From: Octopus bimaculoides
Taxonomy: Eukaryota
Reading direction: 5' to 3'
Length of the DNA: 59,064 bases
NCBI RefSeq assembly: GCF_001194135.2
Contig: NC_068983.1
Span: 19,162,407 to 19,221,470 of the forward strand
Shown here piece by piece: positions 41,570 through 55,080 of the stretch. The notes under the pieces were generated by a model, which saw only the letters and a program-made list of their open reading frames with translations, searched no databases and had not been told where the DNA came from. A program made the translations under genes and the position numbers. Numbering within the stretch: position 1 is the first letter of the stretch; each line of letters starts with the position of its first letter.

Positions 41570-41990
41570 GCTGCCTTATTCGTATGTAGGTCTGCAGTAT
41601 TGAAAAAAACCTTCAGGTCTGATTATTTTCACGTGTTCCAGAGGAGAGGTGAAAAGGCCTTGGAATTGTTTATTATTCTCTCGGGCCTGCACTTAGTGAA
41701 CCGTTTTCTTCAAACTGTCGCCCTATTTTGTAGTGTAATGAGGCAGATACGTTCGTAGACTTCTTCATGACATTAGAATTCATTTATACACATTTCCACT
41801 GCACCGATTTCTCTTTCGGCACTTTCGTTTCCATGGGAAAGTCACAGTTTATTTTCGATGTCTAAAAGTGACTGTTTGAGGAGAGATTTCTCGCTGTTAT
41901 CTTGTCTATTTAAGTGATTCGAGATCTTATTCTCCGCCTGATAGAGACTCATCTGTCTTCAGGAATAACAGTTTTGTGTGCGAACTACAT
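41570..41990 (-). mobile_element. CR1/L2-like LINE ORF2 fragment (endonuclease-RT linker)
   Basis: Minus peptides LKQSLLDIENKL*LSHGNE..EIGAV and KQFQGLFTSPLEHVKIIRPEGFF, resembling the QF.S.FT motif upstream of CR1-group RT. Confidence 0.55.
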
Positions 41991-42821
41991 ACAAATTGAA
42001 TGTATATGGTTCACATTATTGACATGAAATCGTTATTTTTCATATCACGGTCTTGCACAGAGAGACGTTTAAACCAATTTTGCTGGAGTATCTGTTTTCA
42101 ATGGATTTCCAGACAGCTTTTTAGAAGTTCAGACAAAATAGATTTTAGGAGGAATGCTTCATTAATTAGAATAGGACCATATATTTCTTAACTTAACGGT
42201 ACACATTTCTCAATTTATTTGTTTTTTTAAAACTCTACCTATACGTGTATGAATATCGATGAGTATCTAAGCATATGTATATGTTTAAAGCTACGCAGTA
42301 CACTTGTATGTGTGCCAGGCATCTCCATGTTTATGATATGAGACATTGTAAGGTATCCAATTCAATTACTACTGTTGAAGGAAAAATATTTTAAAATGTA
42401 TTATTTCTAAATTTTAATATAGCGTAACATAACGATGCGGAAAACATCTCTATCTGATCGGATTTCATGAACAGATTACCTTCAGCGTGTACAAATGTGC
42501 AGTACGTAATATTAGAAATATCTGTAAAAGTGTCTGTAACGTACGTTCTGAGATGAATATGTAAATACATTAACTATACATTATAAGATATGGCTAAAAT
42601 GTGTATTTATGTCCACTACATCTATATTATGATTAAAGAATTGAATAACAATATAAAACGAATTAATGTAAAGAAAATAAATATATACAACAGCCTCAAT
42701 TTTCCCAAAGTTTCAACAGGCTTTGAGAAAATTAACCATGTCACAATTTGACATTTAGAAATTGTATAGAATTAAAACGACCTCTGTCAATCGCTACAAG
42801 AATCCCCTCCTTAACAAACAA

Positions 42822-42877
<56 letters not shown>

Positions 42878-45199
42878 ATATATATATATATAATTAATTA
42901 ATTCAGTCGACTCGCTGCAGATGAAAATAATATTATATGCTTCCAACCGAGGAACAGAAAACTATACAAAAGGAAACTGTAAAATAACTGCCAGCTTCTT
43001 TTTTCTTGATTTATTTAGTTGACAATATATAATATTACGTAACGTTTATAGATGAATGTACACCGCATGTTCATTACTCATTAGCACTAGCATAATTTTG
43101 TTAGTGCCCTTGTCTGTTAATTTTCAAAAAAAAAAAAAAAATTTATAATTATTTTATTTTAAGTGAGATTGATTATCGACCAAAATTTCTGGAAACACAA
43201 ATTTTGAGCTTTTATCACCTTAGCTAATTAGATGTAGTAATTGAAGTAGATGTTTTTTGATTCAGTTCAGAAATAATTAACGAAAGTGTGGCGTTAACTG
43301 TTCTAAGCTCTGTAGAACATATATTTCTTTTTTGAAGAAGCATCTTACACATTTATGACATTTTAAAATATTCTAGCACGATACATTACTAGTAATATTT
43401 TTTTTTAAATTGGTATTTTAAGACATGCAACGCTTAGTAGCATTTTAAAACAACTAACTTGTATGAGCGCATATAATTGATCATTATTATACTGCAATCA
43501 GAGGTAGGCCAAGTATCTGTTAGTTTTGTCAGAGTGACGGAAAATATGTGTAGCGGAATATTTTTCGATCATTTCTTCAAATTCCACCGAGTTCAGCTAA
43601 CCCGTACATTATTTCTAAGTCTATAAAATACCAGACTACTACAGGGAACGATGTTATTGATAACGTTTGCCCGTAAAATTGCTGAGCGTGTGACAAAATT
43701 ATTTTCATATCATATGTAATGGTATTGCATAATCAAAAAAAATGAAACACACTTTTCTTTCGGATTGTAATACCTGAATTTAAGTTCTAAATACGAATAG
43801 TTTCGGGGTGAATGTTTCGCGCTTCATTCGTGAGAGTATGCAGCATTTCAAATATAACAAACATACATATTCATCATATCTGTGTTTACCAAACCATGTT
43901 GAGGTTCCTGAGTATCTGTACATATTCTTATGACATTTTCTAATCGTATCAATAATTTTTGCTTCACAACATATAAGACGACATAAATATTGAAGTAAAA
44001 TATTGGGTACCACAGCAGAATTAATTCTATTCCCAATTTCTTTCATCTTATTCAACTAGTGCCTATAGACTGCACGACACTGATGAAACCATAAGTGGCT
44101 TATATAAATATACTTTAGCTCATTCCAAAGTATAGTTTACACATACAAACCGCCGCACCCTTATTTACGCATAAAAATTTAATATTCCACGTCTCTTTTC
44201 CATTAATACAGAAACAGTTGAATTCTTCTATACTGATATTATCCATCAATATGGCACAATTCCTTTGCCTTTTATTGAACTAATGTGAAGACGGTGACGT
44301 GGCAAAATAATTGGGCAACGGAAAAAATGTTTAATGTTATTTAATGCGTTATTATAAAAATTATATGTCGATATACCAATAGTATAAAACTTGCCTTTCA
44401 ACTCCCAGTGATCAATTTAATAATGTACCAGTGAAGTGATGATGTACTGTAGGCTTTATTTTACTGACTAAATACCTCCCATCAAAAACACTGATGTGAG
44501 GAAATTATGTTTGTTATGGTTTTATTATATTTTTCATTTCTTATGGTTTTATTAAATCCCCGAAATATTATTTATATAACGTAATGCAATCCTTATATTG
44601 TTATAAAAAAATACTCTTAGAATATTTTTTGTGGTTTGTCTGTCGCTCTTTCTTTGCTTTTATTTTCCTTTCTTCTGTCTGTCTGTGTCTTTCTCTCTCT
44701 TTTCTTTCGTAATTACTCTCCTCTGTCTCTTCTGTCGCCTGCCCTACGATTCTTTTTTTCTCTCTCTTTCCACTATCACGTGGCCCACTACCATCGTGAG
44801 CTTCATAAAGTCGCTCGCCTTTTTCCTAGGCGGTTTGTTTGCTTCTTCCTTCGTTCTAATATTCTCATGTCCGTAGTGAAGCGGGACATTTTCCTTTTAC
44901 TTCGCTATACTCATATCAATCAGTTCAGTAGCCGCATCGATTTATTTTTGTTGTATATATATAATTATTATACTTATTTTAGTTTGTCTTGCTTTAGTCC
45001 TTGTGTTCTGCGTTTCTGAGCTATTCCCAGTGTCGATTTGCAACTAGCTCCACCAAGAGGGAGCGGTATCAACGGTAATGGCGTGAAACCGTTATGTTCT
45101 CTTGGACGTTGACCGATGAGGACTTAGCAACGAATTTTCTGTTTGTTATGGTTTTGTCAAATTTTCCGCTTGTTATGTTTTAATTAAATCCCTGAAACG

Positions 45200-45395
45200 T
45201 TCTTTTCTACTCTAGGCACAATGCTCGAAATTTTGGGGAGGAGGCCTGTCAGTTAGCTAGACCTCAGTACGCAACTGGTACTTAATTTATCGAGCTCGAA
45301 AGGATGAAAGGCAAAGTCGACCTCGGCGAAATTTGAACTCAGAAGGTAAAGACAGACGAAAAAACCGCTAAGCATTTCCCCAGCTCTCTGCATTT
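45200..45395 (-). mobile_element. SINE family A copy
   Basis: ctggtacttaatttatcga..gaaaggatgaaaggcaaagtcgacctcggcgaaatttgaactc. Confidence 0.85.
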
Positions 45396-45439
45396 AAATC
45401 CTTGAAATATCGTTAATGCAATATATATATTTATATATA

Positions 45440-45665
45440 CCGGAGTAAAAATATAAATGTGAAACAAGGTGGAAAAAGAGTACTCAAATACCAGAGGTAA
45501 AATAATATACTTTATTTAAAAGCAGCAGACATGTAACAAAATCTGTTACTCAGAGTCTCACGTTCTCGTTCGTCGGACAGTTTTGTTAAAATCTATCCGA
45601 CGAACAGTAACGTGAAACTCTGAGCAACAGCTTTTGTTATATTGGTGCTACTTTTAAATAAAGGA
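45440..45665. mobile_element. PLE-type pseudo-LTR in inverted arrangement with two hammerhead motifs
   Basis: 68-bp inverted arms 45510-45577 and 45596-45663 (11 mismatches counted by eye); each side folds as a minimal type I hammerhead. Confidence 0.7.
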
Positions 45666-47827
45666 TGTATATATATATATTAGAAAGAGAGAGAAAAGAG
45701 AGAGAGTGAGGCAGGAAGAAAAGAAGAAAAGAAAAAGGAAGGAAGAAAGGGAAGAAGGACAGAAAGAAAGAAAAATCTACTATATAATTATTTTCCGTTT
45801 GGAAGGATGACGGTATATCTAATTATATCAAGGCAAAATGTTTGACGGCTCTACATCTTTTACCGGAAAGCAAATCAACCAGTTTTAATAACATTTTCTT
45901 ATTTGGACATATACATTAATTTTTAGAAAAGACGTTATAATGAAAAATTTATTTGAAGGTTTTCATTTCATCGTTCTCGAATATCGGCTTGGTTGCGTGA
46001 CCATCATAAACTTCAAAATAATTGTATTTCTTTTGTTACTTCATAATATTTCCACATAATTTCAAAAGTATTGAAGTCACAAATCAATTGCAATTTTAGA
46101 AAAAATTAATATTAATGCACACACATACACACACATGCGTATTTTTGCATGTTTTACCCGAACCACAAACAAGTCGTCGCATGTTTGGTACTACGCTATA
46201 AATAATTAAGGAAATTTGCTTGATATATCTCATTAAAAATAATCGGATTTAGAATGTTTTCATAGTCATCAGCAAAATTTTGTTACCATTCTAGAACATA
46301 CGCATACAATGGTTTGTTTGTTTATTTCTGATTGGAACCTAGAACAAATTCAAATGGCATGACATATTACAACTCCTTTTTATCTTCTTGCGCAATGACC
46401 TTAAACACCTCGAGGTCATGAAATACCTTCTTCCCAGTGATTTGCACAAAGTACATTCTTCTGGAATACTGAGTATTATAAGCCAGAAAATAATTTTTAA
46501 CATTTGCGCCACAGAATTATGATGGATAAAATTTGATAAATTCAGATATTTTTCGGTTAAAAAGCACCCCAGGCAATGTCAACATTATTGGCTTCACCTC
46601 ATCAGAGACGCTAAAGCCTGGATCACAAAATACCTTCAGTTTTATTCATGAAATCTTCGCAATTACAATTCTCCAAAACTTGCTCCTTTGTCTTCGATTT
46701 AAATATTAGTAGAATTGGGATGTAGGAAAGATGAAAATGAGATTCACATGAAATCTTCTACACCATTATATAAAGGCTTTTATTAAGGTGATTTCAATTC
46801 TCTAAACAGTAATATGTACAACTGAATTACAAATGCAGCGTTATAAAGACGATTATGTCTGCATTCCTTGCTTTTCTGTCGCTTATCGCAAGAGGTTTAA
46901 ATTTTGTGTCTATATATATACGGTGCTCGGACAAAGGAATGAAAGTATTATTTTATATTTAACTTATTTTCTATTGGCAATATTACACATTCAGAACAAT
47001 TCTAGTTGGCATACATGTGTTCGTACGCGTTAGATTTAACTTCTACTTCATGATATAACCTTATGTTGTCTTTTGGTGGGGGTAGATATATTCATATACG
47101 TTAAAATTCCAGTTATCTGATCCCCAAGTAGAACAAATAGTTGGAATACGGACGACAGTCAATTCGAATACTAAAACTACTGGTTATTTTCATGCTTCGA
47201 GAAGCGCCGACTCCAAACTTAGGTTGATATTGCAAAAGCAGGATAAAATTAGCATTTGATAGCATAGTATTGGAAGGAAAACCAGATTGAAAAGGTGGAA
47301 CCGGAGAATAATGCTATGTCCTGTGTCTAAAACCTTTAAAACTCCTGGGACAATAATTCACCAGAGCTAAACTATTACTTTCTCAATTGGGTCAAACAAC
47401 ATCGTTCGTCGTGAACCTCACAATGTTGAATAAAACTGTAGGACTACAATTGCGTTTTTTTCATCCATCAAAATTGTGAAGCAGGAAAACTTATTGTCTA
47501 GATTATCTGAGTGCTCAACGGCTAAAAGGAAGAGTGCTACCTTGTTTGATGAATTAACATTTAACCTTTTCTTCCAACACCAATGATGTTTTCATCTCGA
47601 GGAAACCTAAAGAATGCTTCATCCTAGAATGTTTGTCCCTTCCTTTGGAGCGTTACGGCAGACTTATGATGAACTGGGCGGCCATATCACTCGTTATATA
47701 TTTCTACACTACGGAGTTAACACCAACAATCATATCACATTTATGGCAGATGTCCATTGTATGATGCAAATATTGTACGCAGATGTCAGCAAAATTTATA
47801 TGTATACACATACACACATGCAGACAA

Positions 47828-47868
<41 letters not shown>

Positions 47869-47927
47869 TATACACACACGCACACTGATAAACACACACG
47901 AATACCTACGCACACTTATATATATAT

Positions 47928-47962
<35 letters not shown>

Positions 47963-50050
47963 ATCACATATATATGGAAACTGACATTATGTCGCAAATA
48001 TTAAAATAAAATAATCGAGATTCTGATAGTATTTGAATAATTTATGCATAAATTTGATACGTAGTTTATTATGTTACCTGTCGTACAGTTTTGCTAAGAG
48101 TTATTTACGCTGCACTGTGAAAATTAGTAATTTATATGTTATTTTCTAATCATAGTTTATATTATCTGAAAAGATCACTCTCTACAAGATTTGTATTCTA
48201 TTACATATTCTCTGTGACATTCAGAAAATTAGATGTCTGTTTTAAAGATTAAATAGGTGCATATATCAACCACTCTATATAACTTCATAAATGGTAGTGA
48301 AAATGTCAAATGTTGGATTTTTCCACGTCAACTTTGATCTCCAGAAGTGAATAAAGTTTGAGAAACTGTCCCTATTAATAAACGAATTACTTGTTCAGCC
48401 AATGGTTTTATGACAATTATGCCACTATACATATTAATCACCACATTTAAACACAAAGCTTCGTATTTTTAAGTCTATACTAATCGTTATAAATGCAATT
48501 ACATGGAAACCAATCACATTTTAGTTCTCAAATAATTGTAGATCATTTGTATGCATTACAAGGTAACTCATTTACTTGGGGATCTGTACATTTACTATAT
48601 TCGATAAAGAGCTGTTATATGAAGTAATCACATATTATGATGTGAAATGAAAACTTGAAGTTTGTTTGGATAATGATGCAATTAAAATATCATCCATTAT
48701 ACAACTTATTTTAGTTATTTATCAGTCACATCACTCTTGGCTACGTGTAAATTATATTTAAAATGCGTTCAATAAAAGAGAGACTGCTGTTGCGAATATC
48801 AAAACTTTCGATGAAGTCTAGCACAGTAGTGAAAACGAAATATGACAATGTTAAAAATTTTACTGAAATAAACATCTCTCACTTCATCTCTATACAAAAT
48901 ATGACCTCACCGTTCTATGATAGTGTATGTTTGTAAACAAGTATATCATACGAACATATCGAAAAAAATGATTAATTTAAAAAAATCTTATTTCGAAAGG
49001 TAAAAATTTAATTCTTACTAGAATTGCATGTACTTTTATACGCAAGTATTACATATATGCTATTAAATACGTATATTGCTTAACATTTTTTCATACTTGA
49101 CGATTTGTTTTATCAGTTTATCAAGTACAGTGTGTAAAAAAGATTACAAGGCTGGTGGTCTCAACTTGTGGAAATGAGGTGTTGCTTTTATTCTATAGAA
49201 AAAATACTGTTACAGTTATTGAAGAACGGAATGGTTGATAACATCTAAGAAGCGGTGACATTCGTACATAAAGAATTTACGAAACAGTTTTCTCTAAGAG
49301 TGACGATAAGCGTGCTTCGCTTCAACTGTCGAAGAAATTCTGGGAATCAAATTTTTGAATGTCAAGCACGGTTAAATTAGGACGTTTAACTTGAAATCTG
49401 AACACATTCCTGCTCGCTTGAAATCGACATTAAAATAATGAGAACGTACTTTCAAGTAAGTACATACTTGCTCGTACATGTGCACACGTTAAATTATATT
49501 CGTGCAACAGCATATTTACAATCCATTGCAGCATTATAAGAAGTGAATTTACACTTGCAGACACACACGCGCGCGCACGCAACATTTCGCCCGCGTGCTG
49601 ACAATTCGACCAGCTCACCCCTTCCTATATATATCTATCTATACATACATACATACATACATGCATACATACATAGATACATATATATATGTATATGTAT
49701 GTATATATATANNNNNNNNNNNNNNNNNNNNNNNNNNNNNNNNNNNNNNNNNNNNNNNNNNNNNNNNNNNNNNNNNNNNNNNNNNNNNNNNNNNNNNNNN
49801 NNNNNNNNNNNNNNNNNNNNNNNNNNNNNNNNNNNNNNNNNNNNNNNNNNNNNNNNNNNNNNNNNNNNNNNNNNNNNNNNNNNNNNNNNNNNNNNNNNNN
49901 NNNNNNNNNNNNNNNNNNNNNNNNNNNNNNNNNNNNNNNNNNNNNNNNNNNNNNNNNNNNNNNNNNNNNNNNNNNNNNNNNNNNNNNNNNNNNNNNNNNN
50001 NNNNNNNNNNNNNNNNNNNNNNNNNNNNNNNNNNNNNNNNNNNNNNNNNN

Positions 50051-50083
<33 letters not shown>

Positions 50084-51629
50084 TACAATATATATATATA
50101 CAATAGCAACATGCAATTTAAATTTGTAGTTTTAACTTTTGACAATGATGAGATACACCGAGTTCAGTATAATGGCTATACATAGTAAACAATACAATAT
50201 GTACTGAATACGTTCATAAACGGAAAGTACTTAAAAATTACACAGTCTGAATATAAAGAATGAGATTAGCTTGCATTTTCTGACGTATTAAAAGACAACA
50301 GATTATTCACGGTTCAATGCTGATATATTATTATCGATGACTGGTAATATTTGTCTTCCGGTGAATATTCAATTATTTCAGACAGTAAATAATTACATAG
50401 ATGGATTGAGTAAGTCGGTTATAAATATGTATAGAGAAATTAAGTAGAGACAACTTAGAGTTGAATGTGGTGAAAACATGAAAAAAAGATACATGAATAT
50501 AAATAAATATAAAATATATCGTCAGTGACAAAATGTGAAAGTATCCGGTTCATAAGTTTGTAGTATTGTTATTACACTTGACAAAAGGATACTACTTATA
50601 GATACCCATTTTCACTTCGGGAGATTTATTGCCTATTTCTCATTATATACCATTCCAGATAGATTGTAACAAGAAATCAATAATATCTGACCATCTTCTA
50701 AAAAAGTGTAGTAAGTACACATTAAATTTAATTGGAAGAAAGTAAATAAGTTCTTATACCACTCTTAGAAAAACCAAAACCGTCTGTGTATTTTCTTCGC
50801 CATATTCTGAATATATGCCTTTTAGAATTTGAAACATCATAAAGCAAACTGGAATTGATGCCTGTCGTCCTTGTGGCTTTGAACACATATGAATAGCATA
50901 TCGATGGTTATGTTTCGTAATATCGTTATTGGTCAGAATAAAGGCATTCTTCTAATTTGATATCACCGGCACTTGCTGGATGCAAGTAAATATACTTCTA
51001 TAAATTTCAGTTCTGTTATATCGACGTTCAAAATTATTTTATATTTTATTCGAATACAACAGAAGAAAAACTGAATAAAAATACTACGCTTTCATATATG
51101 AGCAGGCATATAATCTTGTACTAAAATTATTGGTATAGCTTCGATATGTTAAATGTGTAGATATATACATATCTATACTCTTTTTACCAAGCTCATATGC
51201 ATATTATATGACAGGATTGCTTCTTACGTTTTGTGAAACATTCTTTCCTCCGAACCAAAGAGACAGACTTTCAGTGAATTGTTTTAATTAATATTATTTT
51301 TAAACATTGTAATTCACTACATTATATTATGGGAAATAGTTTGAGATTAGGAAATTTCGAAAATTGTGCAGCATATTTTATTGGAATCTTTTTTATCGAT
51401 GCATATTTCTGTATCAATATCGAGGATAAGAGAGTTGTCGCCCCATGAAAATATTGGAATGCGGAAACTAAAATTAATAAAGCAATCTACATATTGCATA
51501 GCAGCTTTATCACTGAATAATCCTTTTCTTCCTTGGCTATCACCGAGCAAACACACGAACCACTTCGTCCCTTTCAAGTTCGTGCTTCACAGCGTTCATA
51601 CACACATAATTTTTCTCGTCTGGCCGTAA

Positions 51630-51925
51630 AGCCTTTTCTGTTTGTTTTCCTGTCTTCTTTTTTGTCCGCCACTACATTCCTCCATGGCTAGATTTAATTT
51701 GCATATACAAATTTAATCTGCGGTCCATGGGATGAGCCGTTTTAACGATGCGTCCTGCCCAAGCTCGTCGAAACGCCGGTGTTAAAACCTGGGTAGCTGA
51801 TGAAGTAGAATGTTCTCTATGTGGCTTGTGTGTTTTCTCGTCTACGTTTGTTTGCAATGTCCTGTACCCAGATATGCACCTATACATACAGGTGGATGTC
51901 GGTATGCACATACCTGTACGTATAT
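51630..51925 (+). repeat. Structured dispersed repeat, copy 1 (carries hammerhead core strands)
   Basis: gcGTC-ctgccca..cGAAACgc..tgggtag-CTGATGA; homologous to 19200-19425 on the minus strand. Confidence 0.7.
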
Positions 51926-52434
51926 ANNNNNNNNNNNNNNNNNNNNNNNNNNNNNNNNNNNNNNNNNNNNNNNNNNNNNNNNNNNNNNNNNNNNNNNNNN
52001 NNNNNNNNNNNNNNNNNNNNNNNNNNNNNNNNNNNNNNNNNNNNNNNNNNNNNNNNNNNNNNNNNNNNNNNNNNNNNNNNNNNNNNNNNNNNNNNNNNNN
52101 NNNNNNNNNNNNNNNNNNNNNNNNNNNNNNNNNNNNNNNNNNNNNNNNNNNNNNNNNNNNNNNNNNNNNNNNNNNNNNNNNNNNNNNNNNNNNNNNNNNN
52201 NNNNNNNNNNNNNNNNNNNNNNNNNNNNNNNNNNNNNNNNNNNNNNNNNNNNNNNNNNNNNNNNNNNNNNNNNNNNNNNNNNNNNNNNNNNNNNNNNNNN
52301 NNNNNNNNNNNNNNNNNNNNNNNNNNNNNNNNNNNNNNNNNNNNNNNNNNNNNNNNNNNNNNNNNNNNNNNNNNNNNNNNNNNNNNNNNNNNNNNNNNNN
52401 NNNNNNNNNNNNNNNNNNNNNNNNNNNNNNNNNN

Positions 52435-52465
<31 letters not shown>

Positions 52466-53111
52466 TTATATGTATATTTTATGTATATACCAGCATGTCC
52501 GATTGCACGAATCTGTAATGGAGTATATGTGTGTCAATATATATATGTGTGTGTGTGCGTGTGTGTGTGTATGTGTGTGTATACCAGTATGTCGCGGTCC
52601 CATTGCACAAATATATAAGGGAGATAGATTGATAGATAATGTATGTATATATGCTGTGAGCAATACTAATTTGATGCTAACACAAAATGTTCACACAAAA
52701 TAGTCTCTTGTGCATTACGAAACTAATAGATTTGAAATATATTTCTTTAGAAATATGAACCAACCGAAAACATTCGAATCCATTGCATTTGTTCATACGA
52801 AAACTGAATTAGCGAAATATACCCCTAACAATTGAAATAAAGTAACTTAGGAATACAGTCCTAAAAGCAATTAAAAGAATATTACATATTACATGGTTCT
52901 CACTCTGCTTTTAGTATCAGCTGATAAGACAGAGCGTCATAAGGTTACAGATAGTTTACAATATTTTCTTACAAGTGTTATATACGCTCATCTGATATGG
53001 ACCCGATAAGCCCATCTCATGTTTTATTTGTGCTTCTTCGGTATATTTGGAGAAACGTTTAATTCCAGATGACGAATTCCTGCATATCAATGAAATATTT
53101 CCTCACTATAT

Positions 53112-53195
53112 TCTTCTTCTTCTTCTTCTTCTTCTTCTTCTTCTTCTTCTTCTTCTTCTTCTTCTTCTTCTTCTTCTTCTTCTTCTTCTTCTTCT

Positions 53196-53228
<33 letters not shown>
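53112..53228. repeat. (CTT)n microsatellite running into a gap
   Basis: Direct reading; explains the poly-L/F/K/E ORFs. Confidence 0.97.
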
Positions 53229-53802
53229 NNNNNNNNNNNNNNNNNNNNNNNNNNNNNNNNNNNNNNNNNNNNNNNNNNNNNNNNNNNNNNNNNNNNNNNN
53301 NNNNNNNNNNNNNNNNNNNNNNNNNNNNNNNNNNNNNNNNNNNNNNNNNNNNNNNNNNNNNNNNNNNNNNNNNNNNNNNNNNNNNNNNNNNNNNNNNNNN
53401 NNNNNNNNNNNNNNNNNNNNNNNNNNNNNNNNNNNNNNNNNNNNNNNNNNNNNNNNNNNNNNNNNNNNNNNNNNNNNNNNNNNNNNNNNNNNNNNNNNNN
53501 NNNNNNNNNNNNNNNNNNNNNNNNNNNNNNNNNNNNNNNNNNNNNNNNNNNNNNNNNNNNNNNNNNNNNNNNNNNNNNNNNNNNNNNNNNNNNNNNNNNN
53601 NNNNNNNNNNNNNNNNNNNNNNNNNNNNNNNNNNNNNNNNNNNNNNNNNNNNNNNNNNNNNNNNNNNNNNNNNNNNNNNNNNNNNNNNNNNNNNNNNNNN
53701 NNNNNNNNNNNNNNNNNNNNNNNNNNNNNNNNNNNNNNNNNNNNNNNNNNNNNNNNNNNNNNNNNNNNNNNNNNNNNNNNNNNNNNNNNNNNNNNNNNNN
53801 NN

Positions 53803-53835
<33 letters not shown>

Positions 53836-54029
53836 TGGTATAATACATTCGCACCCGCGAGTCTCTTACAGAGGCGGAGTATTTTGCAGTGTGGGCATGT
53901 GGAGTAACTTGCGAAGGTCTTCCTCTGCAGACAAAGCAGCTGTGGTATTGTACAAATTAGTTAATTGTTATATACTGAAACACAATCATAACCCCACAAA
54001 AGGAGGTTAATTAATACAGCTATAGCAAA

Positions 54030-55080
54030 AATGCTTAAAAGTAACCGAAGCTCAATCTGATAGAGTGTCAACAAATTTCGAAAGACTTATTTCACCGTTG
54101 ATCGACCTGGACCAGACCGAAAAATATACGTGCGGACTCCTCAGCTTATCAAAACTACCAGAGAAAACATACAGCGAGATCCACGCCATTTCATCAGACA
54201 TAAACGAACAACGATGTTTAGGGTGCTCAAGTAGGATCTCAGAACCAACCCCTACAAGATAATTCACCGTCACGATCTTAGGCACGTGTATAAGATCAGG
54301 AAACTAAAGAGAAGCCATCTTATCTTACGTCAGATTGACGAAGGCACTCTGCCCAAGCTGCTCCTCACTGATGAAAAGAAGCTCGACATCGAACTGTCAG
54401 TAAACTGCCAGAATAACTGACTTTGGAGAGTATTATCTGGTTCCATCTAGCGTAGACCCGTAAATCGACGACAAGTTCCACATTCACTTAAGGTTTCGGC
54501 GGCTGCGACAGCCACTTGAAGGTCTCCCCACGTTTTTGTGCCCTCAAGTTTACAATTATCAACCAGCGACACATTACCGACATTCTGGAAGCTACACTGA
54601 TTCCATGGATGAATGAGCACTTTCAAGGCGCACCTTGGAGCCTCCAACAGGATTTGGCACTATTCCACAGCTCCAAGGAGACACGAAACTGGATTCTGAA
54701 AACTATTCCGTCCTTCATAAGCGAGGATATGTGACACTCAAGAAGCCCTGATTTCAACCCGTCGATTTTTTTCTGTTTCGTCAGTTTTAGAAACGGGGAT
54801 CTTGAGAACTATTCGTGCTTTGCTTGACGCTCTGAAGCCAAATCTGCACTAGGCATGAGGTCTTCGATTCCACAAAAAACAGCTGCGTGCCGCGTGTGAA
54901 GCGTTAGCACGTAGACTTAAGGTTGTGATTCGAAACAAGCGGTCATATCGAATAAATTTGTTAGTGTCATAGTTGTGTCTCATTTAGCATTGCATTACAA
55001 TACTCAGACCCGAAGTATAACAATAATTTACTATGGAAAAATTGAAAAACATTCGTTGCATTAATTTTGGGAAACCTGTA
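54030..55080 (+). mobile_element. maT (DD37D) Tc1/mariner-superfamily transposon remnant with right TIR
   Basis: LTDEKK, YI.DILE..LIPWMNEHFQG.PWSLQQD..HSSKET.NW..SFIS..RSPDFNP. I count 37 residues between QQD and the (frameshifted) third D. Ends in attaattttgggaaacctgta. Confidence 0.88.

Noticed and set aside
44631-45019. Hydrophobic ORFs here and at 19774-20279, 34320-34517
   Set aside because: They are translations of CT-rich low-complexity tracts.
45075-45135. GAAAC..CCGATGA as a type II hammerhead
   Set aside because: Helix I is out of register by 3 nt and helix II does not pair.
51739-51800. Twister or HDV-like reading (UAAC..GCCCAAGC)
   Set aside because: P4 and P1 cannot be formed in the required register and the second copy lacks the loop motif; the HDV nesting order does not fit.
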